Source: Vicugna vicugna (Eukaryota). Taken from it: 64,000 nt of DNA. The stretch's first letter is position 1. The number at the start of each line of letters is the position of its first letter. Of this stretch, positions 52,637 to 64,000 are shown piece after piece. Made by a program: the position numbers and the translations under genes. Where the stretch lies: positions 4,176,244 through 4,240,243 of the forward strand of contig MU058463.1 in NCBI GenBank assembly GCA_013265495.1. Reading direction: 5' to 3'. The notes under the pieces were generated by a model that was not told the origin of the DNA, searched no databases, and worked only from the letters and a program-made list of their open reading frames with translations.

Positions 52637-53582
52637 CTAGATAGATTTCGAAGCCACTTCTGGTGGAGAGGGTTCTTTCAGAAGAGCAGTCAGCACAGAA
52701 CAGTCTTCTACGACTTCTAGGTTTTCTACTAGCTCTATAAGCCTTTCTACTGTGTAGCAGGACAGCATCCTGGAGGCATTGGCTCTGAACTTTTCCTGTA
52801 GGTCCTTCTGGCTCAGAGGCTTCCTCCAGTGACCGTAGAAGGTATCACAGCGCTCTGTGAAGATGGCTCCATCCTTGAGGACGACACTTACCTCGCAGTA
52901 CAGTGTGTTGAAGTTTGGGAGGTTGTCTCGAGGGTGCTCCAGCTCCACCTTACCCAGCAGCTCTCTCACCTGTGGCCTGTTGATCTGGCATTTGTGGAAC
53001 GATGGGACAGTGATGGCACCATCAAGCAGCGTGGCACAGGCCACATACTGGAAGGAGTGGCGGGCTTCGTGCTCTGAGTCTGGGAAGGGCCTATTCACAT
53101 ACTGGACATCTGGAATTCTAAGCACAATTCTCTCAATGCAGTCAATGGGAAGCAGGATTCTGTCTGTCACAAGGTGTCTTCTCACAGATGCAGCTGCGTC
53201 TGCCACCCAGTGGGTGGCCAGATGCGCAGGGAAAACCTTGAAGGCCACATCCTGCTGGTCCAGCAACCAAGTATATGAATCTAGGTCTGGAAGGACTTTT
53301 GGGGAATAGTTGGCATAGAAGGCCCCAAACCCTGTCTCCATGTCCAAGACCTGCTTGTTTCCCTGGAGACCCAGCATTGCCAGGAAAACAGCTTCTATCC
53401 CATGCCTAGCAGCATTGCCAATATGAAGGGGCTTGGTCTGAGTGGCGGCATTTGCCATGGGTGCCCCAGCATGAGAAACAGCAATAGCCAGGGCCTCTTG
53501 GCACTCCGTCACGCTGAGCCCCAAAAACTTAGATGCAGCAGCAGCACTCCCCAGAGTTCCCACCACTGAGGGGGGATGGAAT
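52637..53582 (-). CDS. ACOD1: ACOD1/IRG1 exon 5
   Basis: tttacag|A TTC CAT; FHPPSVVGTLGSAAAASK...TQTKPLHIGNAA...FKVFPAHL...YVNRPFP...PSPPEVASKSI*. Confidence 0.96.
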
Positions 53583-53634
53583 CTGTAAAGCAAGAGCAGA
53601 GTTGGAGATTTACCAACCTCAGCCACCAGGTGGG

Positions 53635-53880
53635 CAGGATAGTGTAGTGGTCAGCAGCTTAGATAAAGCTGCCCTGCTGCCTGGGTTCAAATCTTGGCTC
53701 TTCTTATTAGCTGTGTGATCTTGGAAAAGTTACTCAATTTCCCAGTACTTGTTTTCTCATATAAAATGATTTTAATAATAGTATCTACCTCAGAGTTTTA
53801 TGAGTTTTGCACACATTCACTCATTCACAATAGTGCCTGACACACAGTAAATTATTTATAAATGGTATGGTTACAATTAT
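53635..53880 (-). mobile_element. MIR SINE relic in ACOD1 intron 4
   Basis: agtgtagtggt...cctgggttcaaatcttggctct...tagctgtgtgatcttgg...atagtgcctgacacacagtaa. Confidence 0.65.
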
Positions 53881-54466
53881 TGCCAGAAAGGCAAAAGTTG
53901 CTGATTTATTGCTGGAAGCATTTGTAAGTAACTAAAAATTGAGGGCCTTGTAGAAACTGTGAAAGTTCACTCAGTATTTCAATACTGGACCAAGAGGCAA
54001 AATAAATATTAGATTGAATCATATGATACAGCCGGCATTTGACCAACCAGTTTTGATCCAGAGGTTGAAAAGCTGGGTATAGGATATTCTGAATAGTCTT
54101 ATTAGTCTGAAGGACCTGAGCAAATATCGAAGTAGAGTCTGCTTTGAGATGAGATGAGGGGTATTCAGAATACCCACAGAGACCAGAATGACCTGGTGGG
54201 ATGAGACCCCCCAGTTTAGTTCACGGTCCTGGTTGCTTGACTGGCTCTCTAAACCCAGGGGAGATTTTTCACTAGCCCTTCTGAAGTCATGTGTTTGTAT
54301 ATGGATATATAGTTTGATATGTGACTGGTGAGTTGGCTCATCTGCCAGCACTAACGTTAACATCTTCAACTGAGCCAACCTCTATGTCAGAAAGCTCTAC
54401 AGAGATAATGACTAACAGATGAAGGGGGATGTGGCCGCCTGGCGACAGGGCACATTTTCTCCCTAC

Positions 54467-54672
54467 CTCTTTGGTATGTCATTGGCTTCCTTGGAGAAAT
54501 GCATTAATCGGCCTTGCACTTCAATTCCAACATTGAAAGCCAACAGCAGGTCAAGGCCAGAACACTTTGGACTTGGAGGCAGGGCTTCTGATAAAGCCAT
54601 GAGGACAGGAAGGACAGGTCCAGAAGGGTGAGTGGCAGGGTACCACGTGTCATCAAAATCCATTGAGTGAAT
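54467..54672 (-). CDS. ACOD1: ACOD1 exon 4
   Basis: acacag|IHSMDFDDTWYPATHPSG...EANDIPK AG|GTAGG; 206 nt. Confidence 0.96.
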
Positions 54673-55894
54673 CTGTGTAAACAGACACACAAACAACAAG
54701 CAAAACCAAAGTGTATTTCCCTGAATGCAATGGCTTTTGGACCAGTAAGGGTTTCATTCAGTAATAACTATGTTTGATGTGAGAGTTTTAGATCTGATCC
54801 TCTGAAAATTAAACCTATGAACTGGCTGTGATTCTTAATCACATGGCTGGGCACTAGACATGCTGTCCTCTGGTCAGATCAGGCAGGACAGGACGTTGGG
54901 GAGCAGCTAGTGAACCCCAAGAAGCTTGGGTCTGAGTTACCACAGCCCTTGAACAGATCTGTATCCCCCTTACAAAGCTGCAGAATTAGGTGGCTGCTCC
55001 TCCCTCCCTCCCTCACTTACCCTTCAAACAAGTCACATTAAAAGTTTAACGTCATTTATTCCATATCAGACCATATTTTTGTACACTTTTATTATGACAT
55101 AACTTCAAACTTATGAAGTTGCAAGAACTCTTGAACCCAGATTAACTATTAAACTATATTTTGAAATTGTTATTTTCTGCTATAAGGTTTTATTTCTCTT
55201 CATCCCAGCCATTTGCTTTTTCCTTATATGAAATAGTAATAACTGGAAGTTCATTTAAAAATAGATTTTTATGTCTACTGGTTGTGGCTGGTGCCTTTCT
55301 CCCTGCTTTCTGGGCATTTACTTCCAGATGCACCATTAGGTTTGACTTTCAGCATTCTGAGCTACTGTCCCCATAAACCAAAAAAAATCTCAGAAATCCC
55401 AACATGTTCGTTTACAAATTACATCTTGTAGACTGCCCCTGGCACACAGAAAATGCATAAAAATTGCCTGTCAGAAGTGCTGATTTTTGGTTCAGAAAAT
55501 ATAGACACCATATAGTCATTGTTTCTTTCTCAATAAATACCTGTTGAGTGAATGAATGAATGAAAGGCTGGTTATTGGCTAGAAACTGGTACTGACCACA
55601 ACAGAAGGAATTGAGTCTGGAGATTTAATTTAGAGTCGAGATACCTTAGGGGTGTTTTTATCTAAATACTCCATCTTATTTTCTCTGCTTTGCAATTTGT
55701 TTGAAAAGCATCAATTCACTGTAAAAACATGAAAACTGAAATCACTACGTGGGAGAGAGGGCAGGCCACTTCACCTCTCTGAACTTCAGTGGTCTCATCA
55801 GTAAAATATTGAAATTGGGCAATTCTGAGATATTTTCCATCCCTGAAATTATTATGACTGTAGAACAGTTGAAAAGACATAGAAACCTACTTAC

Positions 55895-55984
55895 AGCCAC
55901 ACCATTAACGAAAGCAGCATATGCTGGTGGGAGCCCGAAGCCTGGCCGACCCCAAACAGTGCTGGATACACTGGAAGTGTAGAC
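55895..55984 (-). CDS. ACOD1: ACOD1 exon 3
   Basis: ttccag|VYTSSVSSTVWGRPGFGLPPAYAAFVNGVA|GTAAGT; 90 nt. Confidence 0.95.
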
Positions 55985-56834
55985 CTGGAACAAAAGAATA
56001 ACGGTCAGGGATGCAGAGTGTGAACCCAACACACCAAGTCACCATGGCAAGAGTTGTTCTTCGCCTTTGGAGGTGTTACTTTAATACTCCTTATTTGAAC
56101 CCTCTGTGCTAGACTGAAGCCCTAATCAGTGGATTTCTCTATTCCTTGAAGAATATACAACTTTCTCTATGGACAGGAGAGGGGATGCTATTCCAGACCG
56201 TGATCCATAAGTGCTCCAGGGAATGAGTCTGAATTTACTCTTATTTACTCCTTGAGGGTGAGCACTAAAGAGAGTGGACTAATCGTCTATACCAAGCATA
56301 TTCTTTGCAGAGATGGATACTGCCTCTCCCACGTAAACGCCCACTCTCTGCTCAGACTGAGGGCTCAGCCTTTCCTCCAGAGAGTCTCAAACTCTGCATG
56401 AACAAATGGTCTGGGGTAGGTACTATTGCGGCTAAGACCCTCAGGTAAACATGCTTTTGGTCATAATAGTAATCAACTTTGGGATATTACTAGTCTTAAG
56501 ATTAAGACTGGTTTTGAGATAGTGACTTAGAAAAAGATATGAATAAATATTAAGACTCAGGTAATCAGACATAAAAAAACATAAAACTATATAAAACAGT
56601 GCTATATACACCAAGCACTGCCTCTAAAATTAAAAGTAAAGCACTAATACATATATGTATAACTGAATCACTGTGCTGTACACAGAAATTAACACAATAT
56701 TGTAAACCGACTGTACTTCAGTATAAATAAATTAATTAATTTTAAAAAGTAGAGCAGCAGAACACAAACACATGTCTCTGGGTATACATGTGGGTTGGCA
56801 TGTGTGTGCACTTGGTAGACATTGAGTTTCTTAC

Positions 56835-56996
56835 TTTACTGTATTCATGGGCTTTGTGAAACACTTCTGTGTTGGTTCCCAGGAACCCAACGCCCAGAGT
56901 ATCCAGAATCATCCTCTTGCTCCTCTGAATGACGTGATCGGTCAGGTGTCCCACTTTCAAGCCATGAATCACTTTGGCAAAGCTTGCTGTGACAGA
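56835..56996 (-). CDS. ACOD1: ACOD1 exon 2
   Basis: tttgaag|SVTASFAKVIHGLKVGHLTDHVIQRSKRMILDTLGVGFLGTNTEVFHKAHEYSK|GTAAGA; 162 nt. Confidence 0.95.
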
Positions 56997-59900
56997 CTTC
57001 AAAGGGAAGGATGTTAGAACAGGGCTCCACTCCCTCTGTATTCACACACTTCCTTTCTACATGAGAACATGAGGTGCTTTTATGTAAAAGGTTTACTCCC
57101 CTCCAGGAAACCCAGTTGGTCAAATTCAGTTCAATTCCTAAACAACTGATGTGTACTGCACACAGATGTGAGGCAGAAGGATGTGGAAACGCACAGTAGC
57201 CAGCTTCTGTTCTCAGTCCGGTTGAGGACGCAGAGTAGCAAGCCACAGAGTGTGGTGGGCTCTGCTGGGGCGAGCACAGAGAGTCAGAGGGGGACGAAGG
57301 GAGGGCGTCTCGCCCATCAGGTGGGCGTGCCTGGGTGGTGGGCGCATTCAGACAGCTATGTCATAAGGTACATGCTAGGTGCTGACCTGAATGTTTTAAA
57401 TGTAGTATCTGCTTAGTATCCACAGGTCTCTAGGTAGCTATCATGAGTCTCACTTTGTGGGTAAGGAGACCGAGACCAACACAGCTGAAACTGAGTTGAG
57501 TCTGGACACAAACCCTTGTAGGTCTAACTCCAAAATCAGTGTGTCTAGCTCCTAAGCCCCCATTTCCTGAGGTGTGGTCTGAGGAACACGTATGTTAGAA
57601 ACCTGGAGTTCTTGCTGAAAATGAACATTTCTCTACCCCAGACCTCCAGGATTAGACCCTCTGCAGAGCTAGAACGTTTGGAAACATAGCACTGGGTTCT
57701 CAGTTTCCATTAAGCCCTCGAGGTGAGTCTTCAGCGCTCTAGGATGTCATGGCCAATGTGTCACTCTCCACATGTGGTGTTGGAGCATCAGAAGTGTGAC
57801 TAGTCCAGAGTGAGATGTGTCATCAGGGAGAAGAAACACTGGGCTTAAAGACTTAGTAGGAAAAAAAGGAATATGAAGTATCTTAATAATTTTAAAATAT
57901 TATTACATGGCTGAATGATAACGTTTGGGGTATATTAGTTAAATAAAATTTATTGTTAAAATTCATTTCATCATATGGCTACTAAAACAATTAAAATTAC
58001 ACTTAAGAACCACTATGGGCTCTTTCTGTTGGTGAAGGCTTCCTGGAGTCATTGACTCCTGAGCTAGTTATGAAAACTTATGGGAATCAGCCAGGTGAAG
58101 GTGCTGAGGATGAGGATGAAGGTTAAAGGCAGAGGTAGCAGAGTGTCCCTATGCAAGGGACAGAGGTGACAGGGAGAGTGGATTTACAGCCTAGGACTGA
58201 ATGTTGAAGTTTACATTATGCCAAAGACTGTGACATCAGTGGGGAGCCATAGTGCTGTCTTAAGAAAGGAAGAGATATGATCAGAACTGTGTTTTCAAAA
58301 ATCTCTGTAGGTACTGGTGTTGAGAATGGATGGAGAAGGGTAGACAAGGTTGGTAAGAGACCACGACAACTCTGGATGTCTCTGGATGGGGAAAGCGCAG
58401 TGCCACTGCCATGAGAGGGAACACAGGAAGAATAGCAGACTTCTGGGCAACGATGCTGGGCTCATTGTGAACGAGTTGAGTATGAAGTGCATGTGGCCAT
58501 CCTAGTGGAGAAGACCTTTGGCTTCTACCCACAAACCCGATAGTAAAAACCTGCAGGATTATCTTACTTCGTAAGCAGCAGAGTACTTTGCAGTCCCTTT
58601 AAATATCAAGTTCTTCAATGCACAGGCAGCTACTTTGTTTTCTGCGTGTCTTTGTAAGAGTGTGTCTGTTATGGATAGTTAAAAATACCCTCTCTTAAGT
58701 AATGGTTCACTATATGCCTAGCATTTAGTACTGCCTAGTCAACTTTAGGTCGTTTCCCTTCCCTGCTCTGATTATTGTGTCATTGTGTAATTTCTTCGTC
58801 TCTCTGAGCATCAGATACCTCATTTTAAAACATGAGCTATAGGATGGGGGGTTATTGGATAGAGGATCTGGGGTGTCTGGGGCTTTCTGACGCTAAGCTT
58901 GGTGCCGGGGCAGAGGTACAAAGATGGGACAGGTTTCCAGCTGAAAGTCCTCCAATGTGGCCAGTGATTAGTCCCATATTTTCAGTTTCTAGATTACCAG
59001 ATCAGGGAAACGTTACCATTTTCAAAACAATGCGCTACTTCTGATGTCTCTGAAGCTTTAGTAGAATGATGAGGGGAAGGCAGAGAGGGAGAAAGCAGGA
59101 GAGAAGATAAAGGAGCTGGGATAGGAGTCAGGTTAGGGTGGAGAATAACAATAACTTTGATTTTCATGCTGCTAGAAATTTGGATAAACATATTTAGGGA
59201 CAGAGCAGGGAAGGAGGGAAAAGAACTGTCTTGATGATCCACCAAGTAAAACTTAGAAATTCAAGCACTGGTTCGGTCCCTTCTTATAAGTAAAACTGCC
59301 TCTTTTCGACCTCTCTTCCCAGCCCCACAATTCCCAAGTTTGAGGGTACTTAGTGATTGATTATTCATCTCTTCAGGTCAATCTGACACTGGAGTGCCTT
59401 ATGGGGAAACGTGTATGCCTGGAAGCAGGTGTTGGCGGGAGATGCTAGGGGCATACATCCACACAGTCCCCTGGTGCTAGTGATGATGAAAGTTGGGGCC
59501 ACCAGATCCCCTCACAAGTCCCGAACACCACCCTGTGTGCCAAAGGACAGACAGCCTTTCTGGCCCCTGAGGAAGGAAACAGGAGGAAATAAACATGCAG
59601 CTGCTCAGCTGTCTTTAGCCTTCTGCCCATCTATTTCTAAAATACCTTTTGGTCTTCTTGATTTTCTCCTGGCATTTACATCTGTTCTTAGTAAAATACT
59701 ATGATTAATGTATAAATTAAGGCAAAACATGCAATTATTTAACAAATGTTTCACGAGTTCTTGCTATGTGTCTGGCCCTGTGCTAAGCTCTCTAGAATAC
59801 CAAAACAAGATGTTATGTTTCTGCCACAAAAAGTTTATCTTCTCCAGGGCCCTAAGGACAGTAAACAGAGAATTAGAAATACGGTCTGGCAGTGTCATAA

Positions 59901-60169
59901 TGGATACGTGCCAAAGGAGAAGGTTAAAATTCAATGAACTTACAATGATTCATTTTCTTCCTAATTTTATGGCAGAGAACCATGTCTTTTCTTGGTAAAA
60001 CACTGATGGAAAAACAAGATGCAGTTAATCAGACCACCCAGAGCTATGAGAAATGTCACCACACCATTTTTGAAGTAGAAGCAGGTAGCTCTTGAGAGGA
60101 GAGAGCAGCTGAGGAAATGGGGAGGAAAAGGAAAGCTGGAAGACCAATTTAAACAAAAGGAAACAATAC

Positions 60170-60181
60170 CTTGAGCATCAT
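60170..60181 (-). CDS. ACOD1: ACOD1 exon 1 coding part (MMLK)
   Basis: ATG ATG CTC AAG|GTATTG, matching the ACOD1 N-terminus; spliced CDS 1416 nt, i.e. 471 aa. Confidence 0.9.
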
Positions 60182-60245
60182 GTTGTTCTGAAGTGGAGCT
60201 TTGTCTCAGGAGTGGATTGTGGAGTTTGGTTTCTACGTGACTGTC

Positions 60246-60343
60246 TTTATATCCTTCTCTCAAACCCATTTTTTTCACTTTGTTTTAACCCGAAAATTTC
60301 CCCCATTTCAACATCTCCCAGCTATACTTACTTCAACTTCCTC
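60246..60343 (-). promoter_or_regulatory. ACOD1: ACOD1 proximal promoter (TATA, IRF-like, kB-like, ETS/PU.1-like sites)
   Basis: Minus strand: TATAAA 60246-60251, AAAGTGAAA 60273-60281, GGGGAAATTTT about 60293-60303, GAGGAAGT 60336-60343. Confidence 0.7.
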
Positions 60344-62331
60344 TGTAATGAGTTTGGTGTAACTTGCCAGTAAATGAAGACCTAAGTAAAGTTAGGAAGT
60401 ATGGAGTAATGATCAAATGATTCCTGACAGACACCGGAAAAGTACATTGAAGGCAAAACGAGGCTTGCATCTTGTGCCTAGATGCCATACAATAAAATCA
60501 GAAAAAACATTCACATTCTTTTATCTAGGCATTCTACTTCTGCAAATGTATTCCGAGGAAATAGACATGGATGTATGGGAAAAAATCAGCAAAAAAAATA
60601 AAATAAAATTCATAGACTGACTTACAAGATTAAAAACTGGAAAATATCAAATGCCCCAAAATAGTGGGTTGGTTAAGTAAAATGTGGCATGTACAGTAAG
60701 TATTTAAGGTACACTATCATTTTTCTTTTCACCCCTGCTGGCCACCATTGTCAAGGGACAATTATGCCAACCTGAACTTCCTGACAGCTTGAGATTAAGA
60801 ACCTAGAAGGTCACTGAGCATTAATCACACTATTCTCAGGTGTTCCCTTGTTTGTTCCTAAACTGCACTTTTCTGTGTACACACATCTCTGGTTCCTGGA
60901 CCACACTGCCTGGCTTCTGGGATCTACTGCCTTCTTCCCTGCTATTGCCCAAGTGAAGCTTCAATACAGCTTGTCCAAGCCTTTTTGTTTATAGTCAATC
61001 ACTATTTAAAATCTGAGCTTGTTCCAGATGTAGTGGCAGAATTCTTCGGGGAGGATTGCATTTCAATTTTGGAGGGAATCTCCTCTATCCTTACAGTTCA
61101 ACCCCGATCCTGTTACAGAAGGGAGAGTTTGGAACAAAGAGAAACTAAATGGCTTTGCGTAAAAAATGCAAAAGGCTCTCTTTCTTGTGGCAGGCAGTGT
61201 CTCTGGGAGAAGAGGCTAAGCGGTTTGCTTTTCTTGGCTACAGCCTGAGGAGAAAGAGTGTTGAGGCTCTGGCGACTGGGTCAAGGGAAGGGTTAGTGGG
61301 AAACCCCCATGGATTGGTGGGGGTGATGCCCTGGTTATAATCTGGAACTATGCACAGGTTAGGGCAAGGCTGGAGATGGGGAGGTGGTCAGCAGGGAACC
61401 CCATGTGGAAGGACACAGGCAAATTTAACGAGCAATGAATCAAATAACTAATCTGAGGTTTTTCTTTACAATATAATAATTCTTTAGGTATTTAGAGACT
61501 CCCAAGGCCACTTTTACATGAACATGAAGAATGGGCTGTGATGGCTTCAACCATCTCATTATAGAAAAAAAATAAAGTGACAATGAGCTTTATCAAGTCT
61601 GACGAGCTTTAATGGAAGCGACGTCATTTAACTTCTCGGGGCTCTCAGATTTTGCCACTACTGAATTCAGGAGACAAGTTAGTTCAGTTATTTTCTTGCT
61701 TAATTACTTTGTGCTTTTATGCGATGGTAACCAATTGAAAGACTGAAGCCCTCTGTAATTAGAGTCACTTTCTAACTATCCAGGATCTTCAGTGATAAGT
61801 AGTAGACGGACCAGCACCTCTCTAATCAAAAACAACTGATGACTTCCAGTTGCTTTGTGCTCCTAGCTCTAAGTAGAGGCCAGGTTGTTTTCAAATGCAA
61901 ATTTGATCTTCCATCACTGTCTGGAGGGGAGCAATGCAGAGGGCAGCCCCATGAAGGCCCACGTCAGGAGGAACTGAAGCCTCCTGAGAGACCCTAAGCC
62001 ACAGCCTCCCAGCAAAGCTGCTCCAGATCCCTGACCCTAAGAAACTGCTAATAAAGGTTTGTTGTTTTAAAAGTCTCGAGGATAATTGATTACACAGTAC
62101 TAGATAATTAATACAAACTCCAACCTGTTAATAGACCTCACACGGGCTCTTCGGATCTGACCTGAGTCAGCTCCTCATTCTCACATTGGGCTTGGATCTC
62201 TCCTCCACCCAAGATCTTCATGCTTTAGGGATCTACCAATGATTCCTTCTCACTTCTCGTGTCTTCTCTGCACCCCATACTCCTTTCTTCTCCCCTCACT
62301 CCACAGCTTTCTTCTCATCTTCCACCTAAGT

Positions 62332-62525
62332 CAGTGATTCTTAGTCAGAGAAGAGTTTGTCCCCCAAGGGACACTGGCAACGTCTGGAGACACTCACCAA
62401 ATTGTGGCATCTAGTGAGTAGGATCCAGGATGCTGCTGAACATCCTACAATGTGCAGGACAGCCCCCTACAACAATGAATTAATCGGTCTAAAACGTTAA
62501 TGATGTCGAAGTTGAGAAACTCCTG
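62332..62525. mobile_element. MER20-like DNA transposon relic
   Basis: cagtgattctt...cccccaagggacactggcaacgtctggagaca...ggcatctagtgagta...gttgagaaac. Confidence 0.65.
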
Positions 62526-63377
62526 TCTAAGTGTAGAGGTTACATCTAGGAGGCCTCAAAACATCCTGAGTTTAGGTCAGTTTTCCCACCCGCGTGTTCC
62601 CAGGGGGCACAGAATTTCGCTCTTTATGTCCCTTATTGGATTGGGAAGTTCTGTTTAGGAAGAGGACTGATCTACCCGCCGATCACTATATCTAAGGTCT
62701 CATGCATAGTAGGTACTCAATAAATTCTTGTTGAATGAATTAATGCAAACCCAGTGCTGTCAATCGGTCAATCATACTAACACCTGAATGAAATTTAATC
62801 CCTCTTTATTCCCAGTGGGAATGAGTCAGCAAGGTTTTCTTTTGTTTGTTTGTTTTTAATGGCTGTGGCTTTTGTAATACTATGAAAGGCTGGTCCAACA
62901 GCAAGTAGAATACAATGGACAAATATTTCTCTTTATCTCAGCAACAACAGGTCCTGCTAGAAGGGATGGCTTGTGAATATGAGCTATCAGAGTAAATCAG
63001 GAATATATAAAACAACAAATCTGGACTGTGAGACTGCAGACTGTTTCTGAAAAGGAAAGTTCCCTTAATCCAGTCACCTTCGTCCAGAATAGCTGATTGG
63101 GCAAATTTGAATTTCAGTTTTTCTTTTTCTGCCCTGCCCTTCCTGTGCAAAATATGGTGAGTCAGTCTCTGGACTGTAATTATTAAGTTTCATTTTTTTG
63201 GAAAGCTTACGGTTTACCAGGGAGCGCAGTGGTAGCAATCAGTGTTTCTGTCCCTGACTAGTTTTTGTTAATTCCTTTGGGATATTGAAACATATTTATC
63301 ATAAGAATGTTTTGTTAAAGAGAATACTTGGGGGCAAATTTAATTTCCTTAAAACAACAACAGCAACCTCTGGAAAT

Positions 63378-63878
63378 GTTGCAGAAAAAATGTGTTACAG
63401 CTCAATGCTATATAGCTCGGTGTTACAGCTCGGTTGTGACAGTAACCTGGATCCAGGTGAGAGACCAAGCAGCACTGGGAGGGTTGGAGAACTCAGGTTT
63501 ATTATGCCAGCAGGCCCAGAGGAGTTAACACTCCAAGCTCTGGACCCCGTCTGCAAGTTTACACAGGCTTTTATAGGCCGCCAGTTTACACTTTGCAACA
63601 TCATATACAAATGAGGTATAATGAAAGTTGGCTAATTAGGAACAAGCTTTGTAGAAATGGACCAATCAGGAAGGAGAGAAATAACCAATCACGAGTGAGG
63701 GAAATGGACCAATCAGGAGTGAGCTCAGGGAACCAATAGAATTTTAGGGGTAAGCAAGCCGTTTCAGGGGCAAAAAGTGAGCTAGAGCCTCTGGGCCAGG
63801 GAACTGGATGGTGCTGGCAGGAGAGTAGTGGCCCTGCCTGGGGATCCTGCTAGTCTTTCTATGGGGCTTCCCACCTCA
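63378..63878 (-). mobile_element. ERV LTR upstream of ACOD1
   Basis: TG...CA ends; minus-strand TATAAAA 63569-63575 and AATAAA near 63498-63503; four CCAAT boxes; tgttacagctc internal repeats. Confidence 0.7.
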
Positions 63879-64000
63879 TAATAACAGCCATCAAAATCTC
63901 CATCGCTAAGGCTGTTATTTATTGCCGTTGTTCTGGTTCCATTTTCCCCAGCCCTTAGGCAATAAGATAAAACCAAATTTTAACATGAAAACTTCAGTAA

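Noticed and set aside
52829..53309. + strand ORFs over ACOD1 exon 5
   Set aside because: Antisense shadows of the real coding exon.
53583..53626. N-terminal MAEVGKSPTLLLLY of the 329-aa ORF
   Set aside because: Intronic read-through upstream of the exon-5 acceptor at 53583-53584.
1..64000. CRISPR arrays, rRNA genes or prokaryotic operons
   Set aside because: The sequence is intron-rich mammalian DNA; no repeat-spacer array or rRNA-like segment was seen.

Overview
Mammalian genomic DNA, most likely a camelid (alpaca/camel), judged from the tRNA-derived Vic-type SINEs and artiodactyl-like L1 3' ends. The window carries the conserved FBXL3-CLN5-ACOD1 block. FBXL3 (+) has 4 coding exons at 1975-13176 (429 aa), with its first non-coding exon outside the window. 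CLN5 (-) has 4 exons at 23923-35321 (353 aa) and a CpG-island promoter. ACOD1/IRG1 (-) has 5 exons at 52637-60181 (471 aa) and a TATA/IRF/kB-like promoter. The main feature invisible in the ORF track lies between CLN5 and ACOD1: an intron-containing, 4-exon, heavily frameshifted pseudogene of the GATD3/ES1 (DJ-1/PfpI superfamily) type on the + strand (about 42191-46794), still sitting on a CpG-rich promoter-like island. Other notable items are two TSD-flanked L1s with complementary internal deletions (one about 50 bp from the CLN5 exon-2 acceptor), an L1 3' transduction in FBXL3 intron 2, a polyadenylated U5-less ERV copy, a frameshift-truncated ACOD1 C-tail, a CTCF-like site, and many solo LTRs, SINEs and DNA-transposon relics. 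Comparisons with human or mouse proteins are from memory and need database confirmation.
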